DNA of 49,911 nucleotides from positions 1 to 49,911 of the forward strand of contig JAGHAC010000046.1 of the NCBI GenBank assembly GCA_021161645.1, given 5' to 3'. Below, piece by piece: positions 24,625-32,873 of the stretch. The notes under the pieces are model-generated. The model did no database searches. It was given only the letters and a program-made list of their open reading frames with translations, and was not told the DNA's origin. Position 1 is the first letter of the stretch. Every line of letters starts with the position of its first letter. Source of the stretch: a bacterium. Lineage in GTDB: Bacteria; Patescibacteriota; Minisyncoccia; Minisyncoccales; PEYH01. The position numbers and the translations under genes are program-made.

Positions 24625-25590
24625 ATGGAAAAGAAGAAAATAATCATTATAGATGGCAATGCGATAGTCCATCGTGCTTATCATGCGTTACCAAAACTTA
24701 CCACAAAATCAGGCAAGGTTGTTAATGCTGTTTATGGCTTTCTTTTAATCTTGTGGAGGGTATTTAAGGACTTTAAACCGGATTTTGCGATTGTTGCTTT
24801 TGATTTCCCCGCTCCGACCTTCAGAGATAAAATTTATAAAGAATACAAAGCTAAAAGAAAAAAGGCGCCTGACGAACTGTATGAGCAAATACCAGAGGTA
24901 AAAAAAGTTCTTAGGGCTTTCGGAATTAAATTTTTTGAGCTTAAGGGTTATGAGGCAGACGATCTTATAGGCACAATTGTAAAATTGGCAGAAAAAAAAC
25001 AGATTTTCCCCAAAATAGAGGTAATTATTACAACAGGAGACTTAGATGCGCTTCAGTTGATCGATAATCAGACAAAAGTTCTTCTTCTGAAAAGAGGTAT
25101 TAAAGAGGCGGTTTTATACGATAAAGAAGAAGTTAAAAAAAGATATCAGATAGAACCTGAGCAATTAATTGATTTTAAGGCTCTGAGGGGGGATCCTTCA
25201 GACAATATTCCAGGGATTTCTGGCATAGGAGAAAAAACAGCTATTAATTTAGTTAAGCAGTTTGGCTCTTTAGAAAATCTTTACAAAGCAATAGAAGAGA
25301 ATCGCGATATTACAAAAAAAATATCTCCGAGGGTAAGGGAGCAGTTAATGCGCTCAAAAGAAGAGGCTTTTTTTTCGAGAAAACTCGTTGAGATTAGAAA
25401 AGACGCTCCTATAAATTTTAATTTGCAAGAATGTAGAATTGATAAAGAGAATTTATCTAAGGCAAAGAAGATCTTAGAGGAATTTGAGTTTTTTAGCTTA
25501 ATCAAAAGGCTTCCAGAGATTTTTAATTCTAAAACAGAAGAAGAGCAATTATCTAATAGTCAAGAATCAATCCAACAAAAACTTGTCTAG
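24625..25590 (+). CDS. 5'-3' exonuclease / flap endonuclease (stand-alone Pol I N-terminal domain)
   Basis: IIIDGNAIVHRAYHA, GYEADD, GDLDALQL and the H3TH motif GDPSDNIPGISGIGEKTA. I prefer the ATG at 24625 over the ORF-track start at 24595. Confidence 0.9.
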   Translation: MEKKKIIIIDGNAIVHRAYHALPKLTTKSGKVVNAVYGFLLILWRVFKDFKPDFAIVAFDFPAPTFRDKIYKEYKAKRKKAPDELYEQIPEVKKVLRAFGIKFFELKGYEADDLIGTIVKLAEKKQIFPKIEVIITTGDLDALQLIDNQTKVLLLKRGIKEAVLYDKEEVKKRYQIEPEQLIDFKALRGDPSDNIPGISGIGEKTAINLVKQFGSLENLYKAIEENRDITKKISPRVREQLMRSKEEAFFSRKLVEIRKDAPINFNLQECRIDKENLSKAKKILEEFEFFSLIKRLPEIFNSKTEEEQLSNSQESIQQKLV

Positions 25591-25633
25591 CAATTTATTT
25601 TAAAAAACAAAAACATTTGATATTATTAGAGTA

Positions 25634-26317
25634 ATGAAAGCAATACAAAGAACAAAACAAGGAAGTATCTTTTTTAGAATCTTTTACGGTGTGCTAATAA
25701 TTTCGGTTTTTTCAAACCTAATTTTTGCATACATTATTCATCGCGGATATGAGACAGCAATAGATCCTTTGAGAGAAATGGTTTCAATTGAAACGTTTAG
25801 TAATATAGAGGCAAACATCTTTAATACATGGATTGTGTCAGCCTCTACTTTTATTTTTGTGGTACTAATGACAATGTTTTTTGCAGTAATCTTTACTCAA
25901 AGAATCGTTTCTCCTATTCGAGAATTAGTTAAGGTGGTTAAAAGAGCTGCCGCCGGCGATTTAAATATAAGAGTGGGGGTGAAAGGGAACGACGAATTAG
26001 CTCAGCTTGGGAAAGAGTTTAATTTTATGATAGAGCAACTCAAAAAAACCAAAGATCAGCTAGAGGAGGAAAAAAAGGTTCTGGAAATCAAGGTGAGAGC
26101 AAGAACCAGAGAGCTTGAGGAGTTGGCAGAAACTTTAGATGCTCAAGTAAAAGAAAGAACAAAGGAATTGCAGGAAAGGGTGAACCAGCTAGAGAGATTT
26201 CATAAGCTTACAATAGGAAGGGAAATGAAAATGATAGAATTAAAGAAGAAAATCCGCCAGCTTGAAAAAGAACTAGAGAGGTGCAGGTCAAAAAATTTAA
26301 ACAACTCAAAGCATTAA
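25634..26317 (+). CDS. Membrane HAMP-domain protein with coiled-coil tail and no output domain
   Basis: Two TM helices flank a ~30 aa outside loop. A HAMP domain follows (IVSPIRELVKVVKRAAAGDLNIRV...DELAQLGKEFNFMIEQL), then ~90 aa of heptad-rich K/E sequence. No kinase or MCP domain is present. Confidence 0.75.
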   Translation: MKAIQRTKQGSIFFRIFYGVLIISVFSNLIFAYIIHRGYETAIDPLREMVSIETFSNIEANIFNTWIVSASTFIFVVLMTMFFAVIFTQRIVSPIRELVKVVKRAAAGDLNIRVGVKGNDELAQLGKEFNFMIEQLKKTKDQLEEEKKVLEIKVRARTRELEELAETLDAQVKERTKELQERVNQLERFHKLTIGREMKMIELKKKIRQLEKELERCRSKNLNNSKH

Positions 26318-26325
26318 TCTTTAAT

Positions 26326-26931
26326 ATGGAGGATAGACTTAGTCAGAAAGAAGTGAGACGTTTAATGAAGATTTCCGGCAATGTAAAGGGAAGTGTAATT
26401 TTGGCAGACATAGATTATGTCAAAATTAAAGGAGGAGAGGGAGCAGTGAAGAAACTTAAAAAGAGAATGAAAGAAATTAGAATAAAATTCGAGTTAGAAA
26501 AAGTCAAGCCCATGGAGATGTATCCAGAGGCGATCAGCGTGATAATTGTTCTTTTAGCAAAAGAAATTTTGGGGCTGGACGAGAAAGGTGTTTTTGATAT
26601 GGGAAAAGCAGCGGTAAAACTTTCTTTTTTTATTAAAATTTTAACCAGATATTTTATTTCGCCAAAGAGATGTTTTGAAGAAAGTCCTCGATATTGGGCA
26701 AAACATTTTGATTTCGGTGAACTTGAAGCAGTTGAGTTTGATGAAATTGAAAAGTATGCAGTGATAAGAATTAGGGGTTATAAATTTCATCCAATAATGT
26801 GTCAATATCATAGAGGTTATTTTTTACAGATAGCTCAACTAGTTTTAGGTAAGAAGGAGATTTCGGTGGAGGAGACAAAATGTGTTTTTAGAAATGATGC
26901 TTATCATGAATATGTAATAAGCTGGAAATAA
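26326..26931 (+). CDS. Hypothetical ~200 aa protein inside the sensor operon (possible small ligand-binding domain)
   Basis: I prefer the ATG at 26326; the ORF track uses the GTG at 26281, which overlaps the HAMP gene. No confident motif. The C-terminal ...ETKCVFRNDAYHEYVISWK is loosely reminiscent of V4R/DUF2378-type sensor folds (weak). Confidence 0.55.
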   Translation: MEDRLSQKEVRRLMKISGNVKGSVILADIDYVKIKGGEGAVKKLKKRMKEIRIKFELEKVKPMEMYPEAISVIIVLLAKEILGLDEKGVFDMGKAAVKLSFFIKILTRYFISPKRCFEESPRYWAKHFDFGELEAVEFDEIEKYAVIRIRGYKFHPIMCQYHRGYFLQIAQLVLGKKEISVEETKCVFRNDAYHEYVISWK

Positions 26932-26936
26932 AAAAT

Positions 26937-28520
26937 ATGTTTTCTTTTTTATTTCATAAAAAGGTTGCAGAGCTTAAAAAAGAGATGAGGGAAACAAAAG
27001 AAGATTTGTTAAATGTCTCATCATATTTAGATGACCTTTTTTCTTTTTTACCTATAGCGGTTTGCGATCTAAATCCTTCGTGGGTTATAAGCAACACCAA
27101 TAAATCATTTGAAAAGCTTACCGGATACACCCAGGTAGAAATTGTTGGAGAAAGACTGGAGAAGATTTTTTTAGAGAAGGAGAAAATAAAGGGAATTCAG
27201 ACAGAGTTGTTAAATCTAAAAGAGATAGAAATAAAGAATGTAGAATTGACCTTAATTACAAGAGAAGAGAAAGAAGTTGCTGTAAATGTCTCTTTTGCAG
27301 TAAGGAGAGATGCTCGAGGAAACATTGTAGGTTTTTTTGTTGGAATAACTGATATTAGTAAGCTGAAGAAAATTCAAGATGAAACAGAACAAAAGATTGT
27401 CCAGAGAACGAAAGAGCTGGAGAAGTCTCGAAAAGCTCTTTTAAATATATTAGAAGATACAGAGGAGGCTCGTCGACGAGCCGAAGAAGAAAGAAAAAAA
27501 ACAGAAGTGATTATTAAGAATTTTGTAGATGGGATGTTGGCTTTTAATAAAACGAAAAAATTGATTTTAATTAATCCTAAGGCAGAGGAATTTTTAAAGA
27601 CAAAAGCCGCAGAGGTCTTGGGGAAAGATATCCGAGTACTGAAGAAAAAAAACCGAAGGTGGGCCCAACTCTTTAAGACAGCGGGAGAGGGGATGAAGGA
27701 GGTTTTTAGAAAGGAGATGGCAATAAGCAAATCGTTTTTCTTAGAGATCACCACCACCATAGTTGAGTCGCAGGGGAAAGAAAATCTTATTTTGGTTATT
27801 TTGCACGATATTTCAAGAGAAAAATTAATAGAGCAGATGAAGAGTCAATTTGTATCTGTTGCCGCCCATCAACTAAGAACGCCGCTTTCGATTATTAAAT
27901 GGAGTTTAAGCCTTTTAAAAGAAGAAAAAGAATTCAACAGAGAAGAAAAAGATCTTGTTTTAAAAGCATATCAGACAAACGAAAGGATGATTAATTTGGT
28001 GAACGATCTTCTAAATGTTGCCAGAATAGAAGAAGGAAGGTTTGTTTATGAGCCCAAAATTGTGGAATTCTCAGAAATTGTGGAATCTGTATATAATTCG
28101 TTAAAAGAGTATGCTCGCCAAAAGAAAATTGAATTTAAGCTAGAAATTTCTGAGGGTAAAAAAATAGTAAAAGTGGATGTAGAAAAGATAAGTTTGGCGG
28201 TAAAAAACCTAATAGAAAACGCTCTTAAATATACACCAGAAAAAGGAAAGGTAGAAGTTTCTGTTAAGGAGAGAAAAAGGAGACACGAGCTTGTTTTTTC
28301 TGTTAGAGATACAGGAGTGGGGATTCCTAAAGATCAGCAAGAGAGAATCTTTACAAAATTTTTTAGAGGGGCAAATGTTGTCAGGATGCAGACAGAAGGA
28401 ACGGGGTTGGGTCTTTTTATTACAAAAAATATTATAGAAGCGCATGGCGGCAAAATTTGGTTTAAGTCTCAGGAAAATAAAGGAACAATTTTTTATTTTA
28501 CTTTACCACTTTCTTTTTGA
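26937..28520 (+). CDS. Soluble PAS-domain sensor histidine kinase
   Basis: No TM segments. It has PAS-like regions, a coiled coil, H-box SVAAHQLRTPLS, N-box LIENALKYTP, G1 VRDTGVGIP and G2 GTGLGLFITKNIIEAHGG. Confidence 0.9.
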   Translation: MFSFLFHKKVAELKKEMRETKEDLLNVSSYLDDLFSFLPIAVCDLNPSWVISNTNKSFEKLTGYTQVEIVGERLEKIFLEKEKIKGIQTELLNLKEIEIKNVELTLITREEKEVAVNVSFAVRRDARGNIVGFFVGITDISKLKKIQDETEQKIVQRTKELEKSRKALLNILEDTEEARRRAEEERKKTEVIIKNFVDGMLAFNKTKKLILINPKAEEFLKTKAAEVLGKDIRVLKKKNRRWAQLFKTAGEGMKEVFRKEMAISKSFFLEITTTIVESQGKENLILVILHDISREKLIEQMKSQFVSVAAHQLRTPLSIIKWSLSLLKEEKEFNREEKDLVLKAYQTNERMINLVNDLLNVARIEEGRFVYEPKIVEFSEIVESVYNSLKEYARQKKIEFKLEISEGKKIVKVDVEKISLAVKNLIENALKYTPEKGKVEVSVKERKRRHELVFSVRDTGVGIPKDQQERIFTKFFRGANVVRMQTEGTGLGLFITKNIIEAHGGKIWFKSQENKGTIFYFTLPLSF

Positions 28521-28521
28521 G

Positions 28522-28530
28522 TGATATAAT
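28522..28530 (+). promoter_or_regulatory. Candidate extended -10 element ahead of the receiver genes
   Basis: TGaTATAAT located 2 nt after the kinase stop and 43 nt before the ATG at 28573. Confidence 0.35.
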
Positions 28531-28572
28531 ATCAAAAGATGCGTTAATTTTTAAAATTAAGAATTAACAACT

Positions 28573-28962
28573 ATGGACAAAAAAATATTAATCATAGAAG
28601 ACGAAGAAATTCTACTAGATCTTTTAAGAGAAAAATTACGAGCCTTGGGATTTAAGGTATTTACTGCATCCGATGGGGAAGCAGGGCTTGCGGCGATTAG
28701 GGAAATAAACCCCGATCTCATCTTGCTGGACATTGTGATGCCAAAAATGGGCGGTTTTGAAGTGATGGAAGAAATGCAGAAGGATCCTTCGATAAAAGAT
28801 ATACCCGTGATTATAATTTCCAACTCCGGTCAGCCTGTTGAATTGGACAAAGCAAAGCAGTTAGGAGCAAAAGATTGGTTAATTAAGACGGAATTCGACC
28901 CCAAAGAAGTTATTAGCAAAGTTTTTAATGTGCTCGAAAGAACAGATAGCGATTATAATTAA
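28573..28962 (+). CDS. Single-domain response regulator (receiver only)
   Basis: ILIIEDEE..., phospho-acceptor context DLILLDIVMPKMGG, and later IIISN...K. At 129 aa there is no room for an output domain. Confidence 0.9.
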   Translation: MDKKILIIEDEEILLDLLREKLRALGFKVFTASDGEAGLAAIREINPDLILLDIVMPKMGGFEVMEEMQKDPSIKDIPVIIISNSGQPVELDKAKQLGAKDWLIKTEFDPKEVISKVFNVLERTDSDYN

Positions 28963-28980
28963 ATTAAAATTTAATTTCAT

Positions 28981-29358
28981 ATGAGCCAAAAAATACTTAT
29001 TATTGAGGACGACAAATTTCTAAGAGAGTTAATAGCAAAGAAGTTAATGAAAGAGGGATATGATATTGAAGAAGCGATAGATGGAGAGGAGGGGTTGAAA
29101 AAGATTGGGGAAGTAAATCCAGACCTTGTTTTGTTAGATCTTATTCTCCCAGGCATAGATGGTTTCCAGGTATTAAAAGAGGCCAAGGAAAACCACAAAA
29201 CAGAGAACATACCCGTAGTTATTCTTTCAAATTTAGGGCAGAAGGATGAGATAGAAAAAGGGCTTAATCTGGGAGCGGTAGATTTTCTTATTAAAGCCCA
29301 CTTTACTCCAGAAGAGATCGTAGAAAAGATTAAGCTGGTTTTAGCAAAGAATAAATAG
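28981..29358 (+). CDS. Single-domain response regulator (receiver only)
   Basis: ILIIEDDKFL..., DLVLLDLILPGIDGF, VVILSN...K. 125 aa. Confidence 0.9.
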   Translation: MSQKILIIEDDKFLRELIAKKLMKEGYDIEEAIDGEEGLKKIGEVNPDLVLLDLILPGIDGFQVLKEAKENHKTENIPVVILSNLGQKDEIEKGLNLGAVDFLIKAHFTPEEIVEKIKLVLAKNK

Positions 29359-29362
29359 CTTC

Positions 29363-30235
29363 ATGCCAGAACTTCCCGAAGTAGAAACAACGGTTTTAGA
29401 TTTAAAAAGAAAAGTCCTTCAAAGGACTTTTCTTGATATATGGACAGATGCCCCCAAGCTTATAAAGAAGCCAAGCCTTGCAGAATTTAGAAAGGAGATT
29501 AAAGGGAAAAAAATTATAGATATTAAAAGAAAGGGCAAGTTTATTATTTTCTATTTAACAGGGAAAAAGAGACTTTTAATTCATCAAAAGCTTACAGGAC
29601 ATTTACTTGTGGGCCGATGGAAAAGAGAGAAAGGAGAATGGGCTTCTTTACAAAAGGGACCTTTAGAAGATCCAATGAACAGATTTATACATATTATCTT
29701 TTTTCTGGATAATGGGTTAATGATTGCTTTTTCTGACTTGAGGAAATTTGGCAGAATAGAACTTTTAACAGAAAGAGAATTAGAGAACCTTAAAGATTTA
29801 AAACAGCTGGGCCCAGATCCTTTAGATAAAAACTTCACTTTTGATAAATTTAGACAGATAATTCAAAAACAAAAAAGAAAAATCAAGCAGGTTCTTATGG
29901 ATCAAAAGACAATTTCAGGAATAGGCAATATTTATTCTGATGAGATTCTTTTTCGGGCAGGGGTTCATCCTTTCAAATCAGCCAACACTCTTCAGGAAAA
30001 GGAGCTCAAAAAAATTTATCGTAACATAAAAAGCGTGTTAAAAAAAGCAATTAGATTGGGTGGAGAAAGTATTTCTGATTATCGAAGGCCTGATGGCAGA
30101 AAAGGAGGGTTTGATAAAGAAAGAAAGGTGTATAGACGAGAAGGAATGCCTTGTTATGTTTGTGGCACAAAAATAGAGCGAAGAAAAATAGGGTCACGTT
30201 CAACCTACTTTTGTCCCAAATGTCAAAAACTATGA
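29363..30235 (+). CDS. mutM: Formamidopyrimidine-DNA glycosylase
   Basis: MPELPEVE N-terminus and the C-terminal zinc finger CYVCGTKIERRKIGSRSTYFCPKCQ. Confidence 0.9.
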   Translation: MPELPEVETTVLDLKRKVLQRTFLDIWTDAPKLIKKPSLAEFRKEIKGKKIIDIKRKGKFIIFYLTGKKRLLIHQKLTGHLLVGRWKREKGEWASLQKGPLEDPMNRFIHIIFFLDNGLMIAFSDLRKFGRIELLTERELENLKDLKQLGPDPLDKNFTFDKFRQIIQKQKRKIKQVLMDQKTISGIGNIYSDEILFRAGVHPFKSANTLQEKELKKIYRNIKSVLKKAIRLGGESISDYRRPDGRKGGFDKERKVYRREGMPCYVCGTKIERRKIGSRSTYFCPKCQKL

Positions 30236-31143
30236 TTTATTTAATTTGTGGGAAAAACACATATTTGTCTAAGAAAAAAAAGCAGGAGCTAATAGATGTC
30301 TATAAAAAGAAAGGTTTTGTTCCAGAACTTCTCGATAAAGATTATACAGATGTTAAGCAGTTTTTGAAAGAATTCAGAGTGCAATCTCTTTTTGGGGAGA
30401 AAAAGCTTTTTGTAATAAACTCTTTGTGGGGAAGAAAATCCCTGAAGGAGAAATTTCAAAAGGGGATAGAGAAACTTCAGAATCAAGAGATTGTTATTTT
30501 TGAAAACAAGGAGATTTCTTCAAAAGATAAACTCTTTAAGAAAATTCAAAAAATAGGTAAAGTATTTCAATTTTCTTTGTCGGGTGAAAGAGACATAAAA
30601 AAGATCATCAGAAATGATCTAAAAAAAGAAAATTTTTATATAGAAGATATAGCCCTAGACACTCTTATAGAATTTTTAAATTCTCGTCCGGAGCGTTTTG
30701 CAAGCGAGCTGACAAAATTAAAAGCTTATAAGTTTTTTGAGAGAAAGATAGAAACTCAGGATGTGTTAAAACTTGTTAAGCCAGAAAGTGAGGCAGATGT
30801 TTTTAAAATGATAGAGGCAATCGCTAAAAGACATAAAAAAACAGCGCTTAACCTTATTAACAAACATCTTCAAAAAGGAGACTCGCCTTTTTATCTTTTA
30901 GCAATGATTAATTTTCAGTTTAGAAACTTGATTATGTATCAAGAAGGGAAAACCCTCTCCCGTTTTGTTCAGGAATCCGGAATGTCTTTTTTTCAAATAA
31001 AAAAAACACAAGAATTAGCCTACCTTTTTGATCTTGAAAAACTAAAAAAAATCTATCGAAAGTTATTCAAAATAGATTTAGCCGTGAAAACAGGAAAAAT
31101 GGATTTACTGGAAGCGCTCGAGCTGTTAATTTTGGAAACCTAA
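30232..31143 (+). CDS. holA: DNA polymerase III delta subunit (HolA-like)
   Basis: The ATG at 30232 overlaps the mutM TGA (ATGA). MIYLICGKNTYL... and the ~300 aa length fit HolA. Similarity is weak, so confidence is moderate. The ORF-track start at 30151 lies inside mutM. Confidence 0.6.
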   Translation: MIYLICGKNTYLSKKKKQELIDVYKKKGFVPELLDKDYTDVKQFLKEFRVQSLFGEKKLFVINSLWGRKSLKEKFQKGIEKLQNQEIVIFENKEISSKDKLFKKIQKIGKVFQFSLSGERDIKKIIRNDLKKENFYIEDIALDTLIEFLNSRPERFASELTKLKAYKFFERKIETQDVLKLVKPESEADVFKMIEAIAKRHKKTALNLINKHLQKGDSPFYLLAMINFQFRNLIMYQEGKTLSRFVQESGMSFFQIKKTQELAYLFDLEKLKKIYRKLFKIDLAVKTGKMDLLEALELLILET

Positions 31144-31145
31144 AA

Positions 31146-31400
31146 TTAGATCGTTTTTTTGGTGATTTTTGATTTTTTTCTTGCAGCAGTCCTTTTTTTT
31201 AGAATCCCAACCTTGGCTGATTTGTCGATTATTTTGAAAATATTGGGGAGAAGTTTTTCTGCTTCTTCCTTTTTGTTTGCATGAATTAAAGAATGGAATT
31301 CTTTGATTAAGGATTTCATTCTTTTTTTATACCAGAGATTTCTTTTTCTCCTTTTGGTATTTTGCCGCAAAGATTTTTTAGCAGATTTACTGATAGGCAT
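31146..31400 (-). CDS. rpsT: 30S ribosomal protein S20
   Basis: MPISKSAKKSLRQNTKRRKRNLWYKKRMKSLIK. It is basic, 84 aa, and has the typical S20 N-terminus. Confidence 0.9.
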   Translation of the reverse strand: MPISKSAKKSLRQNTKRRKRNLWYKKRMKSLIKEFHSLIHANKKEEAEKLLPNIFKIIDKSAKVGILKKRTAARKKSKITKKTI

Positions 31401-31470
31401 ATTAAGTTTTAATAATTTATTATATACACAAGATTATCAGAAAACGATGATAATTTCAAGCAAGGATCAG

Positions 31471-31510
31471 AATATCAAAATATCGAAATGTCGAGAAGTC
31501 GAGAGGTCGA
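31471..31510 (+). repeat. Five contiguous 8-nt units forming a graded tandem repeat
   Basis: AATATCAA|AATATCGA|AATGTCGA|GAAGTCGA|GAGGTCGA. Each unit differs from its neighbour by 1-2 nt. The repeat lies in the divergent rpsT/kinase intergenic region, 33 nt upstream of the ATG at 31543. Confidence 0.7.
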
Positions 31511-31542
31511 CACGGATTGAAACAATATGATAAAATAAAACT

Positions 31543-32472
31543 ATGAGAATAAAATTTATCTCAAACTGTAAAGATTTAGGTCTTTCTTTGTGGCAGTGTC
31601 CTCAGTTCTTGTTCTTGGTAATGGGCGTTATTAATATTGCTTCAACTATTTTTTTCTATTTTTTGGGTCAAAAATATATTGATGATCCACGCATTATTGC
31701 CCTAGTAGTTTCTGCCATTTCTGCAATTTTGTTTGTTATTTCCTATGTGATCACCCGAAGTTTGGAAGATCTAGTAGAGGTAAATAGGCTCAAAGAGGAT
31801 TTTTCCAATATCGTTTCCCACCAGCTTCGGGCTCCAATTACTAATCTTAAATGGTTGCTGGAAAGCGCTGAAAAAGAAAAAGAAATTAAGCAGCTTCCTT
31901 CTTCCTGCAAAGAATATTTTGGGCTAATGGAAGAAAATATTCAGCGCATGGAGAACTTAATTAATGATCTGGTAATTGTTGCCAAAATTAAAAACCTTAG
32001 GGCTTTCCCTAAGCGTTCTTTTGAACTCAATAAAACAATAGGAGAAGTAGTGAAAAATTTTGCTCCTTTAATAGATGCTTCTAATCTTGAAGTAGAACTT
32101 GATTTTAATCCTGATAAAATTGAGATAAGGCAATCACAGGATTTGCTAAGAACCGTCATCGAAAATCTTTTAGATAATGCGATTAGATACAATAAGCCTA
32201 AAGGAAAGATAAGGATAACAACGAGAAATAAAGGAAGAAACAAGGCCATGATCGAAATTAAGGATACAGGCATAGGGATTCCTGATAAATCGAAGCAGTT
32301 TCTTTTTCAGAGGTTTTTCAGAGCAAGCAATGCTATAGAAAAAGATCCGCGCGGGTCAGGACTGGGCCTCTTTATCGTAAAAACTATTGTTAACCAGCTG
32401 GGCGGCAAAATATATTTTTCCTCAAAACTTGGCGAAGGAACCACTTTTAAAATAATCTTACCCAAGAATTAA
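31543..32472 (+). CDS. Membrane sensor histidine kinase (two TM helices, minimal sensor loop)
   Basis: H-box SHQLRAPIT, N-box LLDNAIRYN, G1 IKDTGIGIP and G2 GSGLGLFIVKTIVNQLGG. Confidence 0.9.
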   Translation: MRIKFISNCKDLGLSLWQCPQFLFLVMGVINIASTIFFYFLGQKYIDDPRIIALVVSAISAILFVISYVITRSLEDLVEVNRLKEDFSNIVSHQLRAPITNLKWLLESAEKEKEIKQLPSSCKEYFGLMEENIQRMENLINDLVIVAKIKNLRAFPKRSFELNKTIGEVVKNFAPLIDASNLEVELDFNPDKIEIRQSQDLLRTVIENLLDNAIRYNKPKGKIRITTRNKGRNKAMIEIKDTGIGIPDKSKQFLFQRFFRASNAIEKDPRGSGLGLFIVKTIVNQLGGKIYFSSKLGEGTTFKIILPKN

Positions 32473-32481
32473 TATGCTGCT

Positions 32482-32847
32482 ATGAAAAAAATATTATTTA
32501 TAGAAGATGAGGCAACATTACAGAAGACTATAGGAGGCGTTTTAAGAAAAGAAGGATACGATGTTATCAGCGCTCTTGATGGAGAAACGGGTTTAAAGTT
32601 AGCGCAGCAAAAGATTCCAGATTTAATCCTCCTCGATCTTGTTTTGCCTAAGATGCATGGGTTGGATCTCTTAGCAAGGCTAAGAGAGGGTGAGAAAACA
32701 AAAGACATTCCGGTAATAGTGCTTACTAATATAGAGGGTGTTCAAGAAATAGAAAGAGCCATCAGTTTGGGGGCACGGGCATATTTAGTGAAGTCGGATT
32801 ATAAGCTCGATGAAGTCATTAGAAAAATCAAAGAAGCCATTCAATAA
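32482..32847 (+). CDS. Single-domain response regulator (receiver only)
   Basis: ILFIEDEATL..., DLILLDLVLPKMHG, VIVLTN...K. 121 aa. Confidence 0.9.
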   Translation: MKKILFIEDEATLQKTIGGVLRKEGYDVISALDGETGLKLAQQKIPDLILLDLVLPKMHGLDLLARLREGEKTKDIPVIVLTNIEGVQEIERAISLGARAYLVKSDYKLDEVIRKIKEAIQ

Positions 32848-32873
32848 AATTTAAGCAAATCAATTTATTAGAT

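Noticed and set aside
31471-31510. Checked whether the octamer repeats could be a CRISPR array or minisatellite.
   Set aside because: The units are only 8 nt, contiguous with no spacers, and there are only five of them. No cas genes are present. It is not a CRISPR array.
31303-31530. 75 aa plus-strand ORF spanning the rpsT 5' end and the octamer repeat.
   Set aside because: It is antisense to rpsT for its first third. The rest is translation of the repeat (CREVERST). There is no independent support.
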